Shown here piece by piece: positions 58,201-64,000 of a stretch of DNA of 64,000 nucleotides. The stretch is from the human T2T-CHM13v2.0 reference genome, Homo sapiens. Below the pieces are notes generated by a model. That model ran no database searches, was not told the DNA's origin, and saw nothing but the letters and a program-made list of their open reading frames with translations. Position 1 is the stretch's first letter, and every line of letters begins with the position of its first letter. The position numbers were made by a program, and so were the translations under genes. Where the stretch lies: the NCBI RefSeq assembly GCF_009914755.1, contig NC_060925.1. One strand, 5' to 3'.

Positions 58201-61200
58201 AATCGAATGGAATCATTGAATGGACTCGAATGGAATAATCATTGAACGGAATCGAATGGAATCATCATCGGATGGAAATGAATGGAATCATCATCGAATG
58301 GAATCGAATAGAATTATGGAATGAAATCCAGTGTGATCATCATCGAATGGACCCGAATGGAATCATCATCCAACGGAAGCTAATGGAATCAACATCGAAT
58401 GAATCGAAAGGAAACACCATCGAATTGAAACGAATGGAATTATCATGAAATTGAAATGGATGGACTCATCATCGAATGGATTCGAATGGAATCATCGAAT
58501 AAAATTGATTGAAATCATCATCAAATGGAATCGAATGGTATCATTGAATGGAATCGAATGGAATCATCATCAGATGGAAATGAATGGAATCGTCATAGAA
58601 TGGAATCGAATGGATTCATTGAATGGAATCAGATGGAATCATCGAATGGACTCGAATGGAATAATCATTGAACGGAATCGAATGGAATCATCATCGGATG
58701 GAAACGAATGGAATCATCATCGAATGGAAATGAAAGGAGTCATCATCTAATGGAATTTCATGGAATCATCATCAAATGGAATCGAATGGAATCAACATCA
58801 AATGGAATCAAATGGAATCATTGAACGGAATTGAATGGAATCGTCATCGAATGAATTGAATGCAATCATCGAATGGTCTCGAATGGAATCATCTTCAAAT
58901 GGAATGGAATGGAATCATCGCATAGAATCGAATGGAATTATCATCGAATGGAATCGAATGTTATCAACATCAAACGGAAAATAACGGAATTATCGAATGG
59001 AATCGAAGAGAATCATCGAACGGACCCGAATGGAATCATCTAATGGAATGGAATGGAATAATCCACGGACTCGAATGCAATCATCGTCGAATGGAATCGA
59101 ATAGAATCATCGAATGGACTCGAATGGAATAATCATTGAACGGAATCGAATGGAATCATCATCGGATGGAAACGAATGGAATCATCATCGAATGGAATCG
59201 AATAGAATTATGGAATGAAATCCAGTGTGATCATCATCGAATGGACCCGAATGGAATCATCATCCAACGGAAGCTAATGGAATCAACATCGAATGAATCA
59301 AATGGAAACACCATCGAATTGAAACGAATGGAATTACCATGAAATTGAAATGGATGGACTCATCATCAAATGGATTCGAATGGAATCATCGAATAAAATT
59401 GATTGAAATCATCATCGAATGGAATCGAATGGTATCATTGAATGGAATCGAATGGAATCATCATCAGATGGAAATGAATGGAATCGTCATAGAATGGAAT
59501 CGAATGGATTCATTGAATGGAATCAGATGGAATCATTGAATGGACTGGAATGGAATCATTGAATGGACTCGAAAGGGATCATTATTGAATGGAATTGAAT
59601 GGAATCATCGAATGGTCTCGATTGGAATCATTATCAAATGGAATCGAATGGAATCACCGAATAGAATCGAATGGAACAATCATCGAATGGACTCAAATGG
59701 AATTATCCTCCAATGGAATGGAATGGAATTATCGAATGCAATCGAATGGAATTATCGAATGCAATCGAATAGAATCATCGAATGGACTCGAATGGAATCA
59801 TTGAATGGAATGGAATGGAACAGTCAATGAACTCGAATGGAATCATCATTGAATGGAATCGAATGGAATCATCGAGTGGAATCGAATGGAATTATGATCA
59901 AATGGAATCGAATGTAATCATCATCAAATGGAATCAAAAATAACCATCATCAATTGGTATTGAATGGAATTGTCATCAAATGGAATTCAAAGGAATCATC
60001 ATCAAATGGAACCGAATGGAATCCTCATTGAATGGAAATGAAAGGGGTCATCATCTAATGGAATCGCATGGAATCATCATCAAATGGAATCGAATGGAAT
60101 CATCATCAAATGGAATCTAATGGAATCATTGAAAAGAATTGAATGGAATCGTCATCGAATGAATTGAATGCAATCATCGAATGGTCTCGAATGGAATCAT
60201 CTTCTAATGGAAAGGAATGGAATCATCGCATAGAATCGAATGGAATTATCATCGAATGGAATCGAATGGTATCAACACCAAACGGAAAAAAACGGAATTA
60301 TCGAATGGAATCGAAGAGAATCTTCGAACGGACCCGAATGGAATCATCTAATGGAATGGAATGGAATAATCCATGGACTCGAATGCAATCATCATCGAAT
60401 GGAATCGAATGGAATCATCGAATGGACTCGAATGGAATAATCATTGAACGGAATCGAATGGAATCATCATCGGATGGAAACGAATGGAATCATCATCGAA
60501 TGGAAATGAAAGGAGTCATCATCTAATGGAATTGCATGGAATCATCATAAAATGGAATCGAATGGAATCAACATCAAATGGAATCAAATGGAATCATTGA
60601 ACGGAATTGAATGGAATCGTCATCGAATGAATTGAATGCAATCATCGAATGGTCTCGAATGGAATCATCTTCAAATAGAATGGAATGGAATCATCGCATA
60701 GAATCGAATGGAATTATCATCGAATGGAATCGAATGGAATCAACATCAAACGGAAAAAAACGGAATTATCGAATGGAATCGAAGAGAATCATCGAATGGA
60801 CCCGAATGGAATCATCTAATGGAATGGAATGGAATAATCCATGGACTCGAATGCAATCATCATCGAATGGAATCGAATGGAATCATCGAATGGACTCGAA
60901 TGGAATAATCATTGAACGGAATCGAATGGAATCATCATCGGATGGAAATGAATGGAATCATCATCGAATGGAATCGAATAGAATTATGGAATGAAATCCA
61001 GTGTGATCATCATCGAATGGACCCGAATGGAATCATCATCCAACGTAAGCTAATGGAATCAACATCGAATGAATCGAATGGAAACACCATCGAATTGAAA
61101 CGAATGGAATTACCATGAAATTGAAATGGATGGACTCATCATCGAATGGATTCGAATGGAATCATCGAATAAAATTGATTGAAATCATCATCGAATTGTA

Positions 61201-64000
61201 TCGAATGGTATCATTGAATGGAATCGAATGGAATCATCCTCAGATGGAAATGAATGGAATCGTCATAGAATGGAATCGAATGGATTCATTGAATGGAATC
61301 AGATGGAATCATCGAATGGACTGGAATGGAATCATTGAATGGACTCGAAAGGGATCATTATTGAATGGAATTGAATGGAATCATCGAATGGTCCCGATGG
61401 AATCATTATCAAATGGAATCGAATGGAATCACCGAATAGAATCGAATGGAACAATCATCGAATGGACTCAAATGGAATTATCCTCACATGGAATCGAATG
61501 GAATTATCGAATGCAATCGAATGGAATTATCGAATGCAATCGAATAGAATCATCGAATGGACTCGAATGGAATCATCGAATGGAATGGAATGGAACAGTC
61601 AATGAACTCGAATGGAATCATCATTGAATGGAATCGAATGGAATCATCGAGTGGAATCGAATGGAATTATGATCAAATGGAATCGAATGTAATCATCATC
61701 AAATGGAATCAAAAATAACCATCATCAATTGGTATTGAATGGAATTCTCATCAAATGGAATTCAAAGGAATCATCATCAAATGGAACTGAATGGAATCCT
61801 CATTGAATGGAAATGAAAGGGGTCATCATCTAATGGAATCGCATGGAATCATCATCAAATGGAATCGAATGGAATCATCATCAAATGGAATCTGATGGAA
61901 TCATTGAACAGAATTGAATGGAATCGTCATCGAATGAATTGAATTCAATCATCGAATGGTCTCGAATGTAATCACATTCTAATGGAAAGGAATGGAATCA
62001 TCGCATAGAATCGAATGGAATTAACATTGAATGGACTCGAATGGAATCAACATCAAACGGAATCAAGCGGAATTATCGAATGGAATCGAAGAGAATCATC
62101 GAATGGTCTCGAATGGAATCATCTTCTAATGGAAAGGAATGGAATCATCTCATAGAATCGAATGGAATTAACATTGAATGGACTCGAATGGAATCAACAT
62201 CAAATGCAATCAAGCGGAATTGTCGAATGAAATCGAAGAGAATCATCGAATGGACTCGAATGGAATCATCTAATGGAATGGAATGGAATAATCCACGGAC
62301 TCGAATGCAATCATCATCGTATAGAATCGAATGGAATGATCGAAAGGACTCGAATGGAATAACCATTGAACGGAATCGAATGGAATCATCATCGGATGGA
62401 AACGAATGGAATCATCATCGAATGGAAATGAAAGGAGTCATCATCTAATGGAATTGCATGGAATCATCATCAAATGGAATCGAATGGAATCATCATCAAA
62501 TGGAATCAAATGGAATCATTGAACGGAATTGAATGGAATTGTCATCGAATGAATTGACTGCAATCATCCAATGGTCTCGAATGGAATCATCTTCAAATGG
62601 AATGGAATGGAATCATCGCATAGAATCGAATGGAATTATCATCGAATGGAATCGAATGGTATCAACATCAAACGGAAAAAAACGGAATTATCGAATGGAA
62701 TCGAAGAGAATCTTCGAACGGACCCGAATGGAATCATCTAATGGAATGGAATGGAATAATCCATGGACTCGAATGCAATCATCATCGAATGGAATCGAAT
62801 GGAATCATTGAATGGACTCGAATGGAATAATCATTGAACGGAATCGAATGGAATCATCATCGGATGGAAATGAATGGAATCATCATCGAATGGAATCGAA
62901 TAGAATTATGGAATGAAATCCAGTGTGATCATCATCGAATGGACCCGAATGGAATCATCATCCAACGGAAGCTAATGGAATCAACATCGAATGAATCGAA
63001 AGGAAACACCATCGAATTGAAACGAATGGAATTATCATGAAATTGAAATGGATGGACTCATCATCGAATGGATTCGAATGGAATCATCGAATAAAATTGA
63101 TTGAAATCATCATCGAATGGAATCGAATGGTATCATTGAATGGAATCGAATGGAATCATCATCAGATGGAAATGAATGGAATCGTCATAGAATGGAATCG
63201 AATGGATTCATTGAATGGAATCAGATGGAATCATCGAATGGACTCGAATGGAATAATCATTGAACGGAATCGAATGGAATCATCATCGGATGGAAACGAA
63301 TGGAATCATCATCGAATGGAAATGAAAGGAGTCATCATCTAATGGAATTTCATGGAATCATCATCAAATGGAATCGAATGGAATCAACATCAAATGGAAT
63401 CAAATGGAATCATTGAACGGAATTGAATGGAATCGTCATCGAATGAATTGAATGCAATCATCGAATGGTCTCGAATGGAATCATCTTCAAATGGAATGGA
63501 ATGGAATCATCGCATAGAATCGAATGGAATTATCATCGAATGGAATCGAATGTTATCAACATCAAACGGAAAATAACGGAATTATCGAATGGAATCGAAG
63601 AGAATCATCGAACGGACCCGAATGGAATCATCTAATGGAATGGAATGGAATAATCCACGGACTCGAATGCAATCATCGTCGAATGGAATCGAATAGAATC
63701 ATCGAATGGACTCGAATGGAATAATCATTGAACGGAATCGAATGGAATCATCATCGGATGGAAACGAATGGAATCATCATCGAATGGAATCGAATAGAAT
63801 TATGGAATGAAATCCAGTGTGATCATCATCGAATGGACCCGAATGGAATCATCATCCAACGGAAGCTAATGGAATCAACATCGAATGAATCAAATGGAAA
63901 CACCATCGAATTGAAACGAATGGAATTACCATGAAATTGAAATGGATGGACTCATCATCAAATGGATTCGAATGGAATCATCGAATAAAATTGATTGAAA
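55300..64000 (+). repeat. Tandem higher-order duplication, period 4592 bp (1922+894+1776); second copy runs off the window end
   Basis: Offsets 55551/60143, 56523/61115, 57449/62041, 58445/63037 and 59339/63931 are all 4592. Shared variants: CAACGTAAGC, ATCATCCTCAG, GGTCCCGATGG, CCTCACATGG, GCAATCAAGCGGAATTGTC, GGAAAATAACGG and the 882-bp deletion junction. Confidence 0.93.
58445..59338 (+). repeat. 894-bp truncated unit (882-bp internal deletion); second copy at 63037-63930
   Basis: Body sequence CAGATGGAATCATCGAATGGACT continues directly as module sequence CGAATGGAATAATCATTGAACGG at ~58650 and ~63242. Confidence 0.9.

Larger units (their letters stand above)
1..64000 (+). repeat. Human Satellite II (HSat2/HSATII) pericentromeric tandem array, purine-rich (GGAAT) strand on +
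   Basis: The entire window consists of GAATG/GAATC pentamers interleaved with ATC triplets (e.g. GAATGGAATCATCATCGAATGGAATC), the reverse complement of the HSat2 ATTCCATTCG+(ATG)1-2 consensus. It has abundant TCGA and only short pure (GGAAT)n runs. No non-satellite sequence or strand switch was seen. Confidence 0.98.

Noticed and set aside
562-63934. Hundreds of + strand ORFs of 60-172 aa (MESSSNELNA..., MKLKWMDSSS..., MELSSNGIEW...)
   Set aside because: They are translations of GGAAT/ATC repeats (W, N, G, M, E, S, I, H, R only). They overlap in all three frames, recur with the DNA period and are broken freely by stops and frameshifts between copies. There is no sign of coding constraint.
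1-64000. CRISPR-like or other repeat-spacer array
   Set aside because: There are no unique spacers, as all intervening sequence is itself satellite. No cas-like ORFs are present.
1-64000. HSat3 / simple (GGAAT)n or telomere-like repeat
   Set aside because: Pure GGAAT runs are only about 3-4 copies long, and ATC-triplet/TCGA subunits dominate, which is diagnostic of HSat2. No TTAGGG arrays are present.
1-64000. Embedded Alu/L1/ERV insertion or inversion breakpoint
   Set aside because: No non-satellite stretch, poly(A) tail longer than ~9 nt, or CATTC-oriented segment was seen on the + strand.

Overview
The whole 64 kb window is one uninterrupted, single-orientation array of human-type Satellite II (HSat2/HSATII). 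It is built from diverged GGAAT pentamers in 23/26-bp subunits (GAATGGAATC-GAATGGAATC-ATC[ATC]) and is very rich in TCGA. An anchor motif (ATGAAATTGAAATGGATGGACTC) occurs 35 times and gives a basic period of 1776 bp with about one EcoRI site per unit. This matches the known ~1.77-kb chromosome 1q12 HSat2 unit; the chromosome assignment is inferred from recalled knowledge, not from an alignment. Each unit is an ~840-bp body plus two tandem 468-bp modules. Anchor-to-anchor lengths range from 894 to 3143 bp through gain or loss of modules and subunit-sized indels. Shared private variants reveal higher-order duplications at offsets of about 3084, 4009, 8573/6798, 4592 and 20541 bp. I found no credible gene, RNA gene, transposon, CRISPR array or inversion, and all listed ORFs are artefacts of the repeat. 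I do not see a new gene-encoded system. The interesting content is the record of satellite turnover: nascent higher-order repeats, a length-neutral 26-bp slip, recurrent junction motifs and local conversion tracts. All comparisons were done by eye, so boundaries are approximate.
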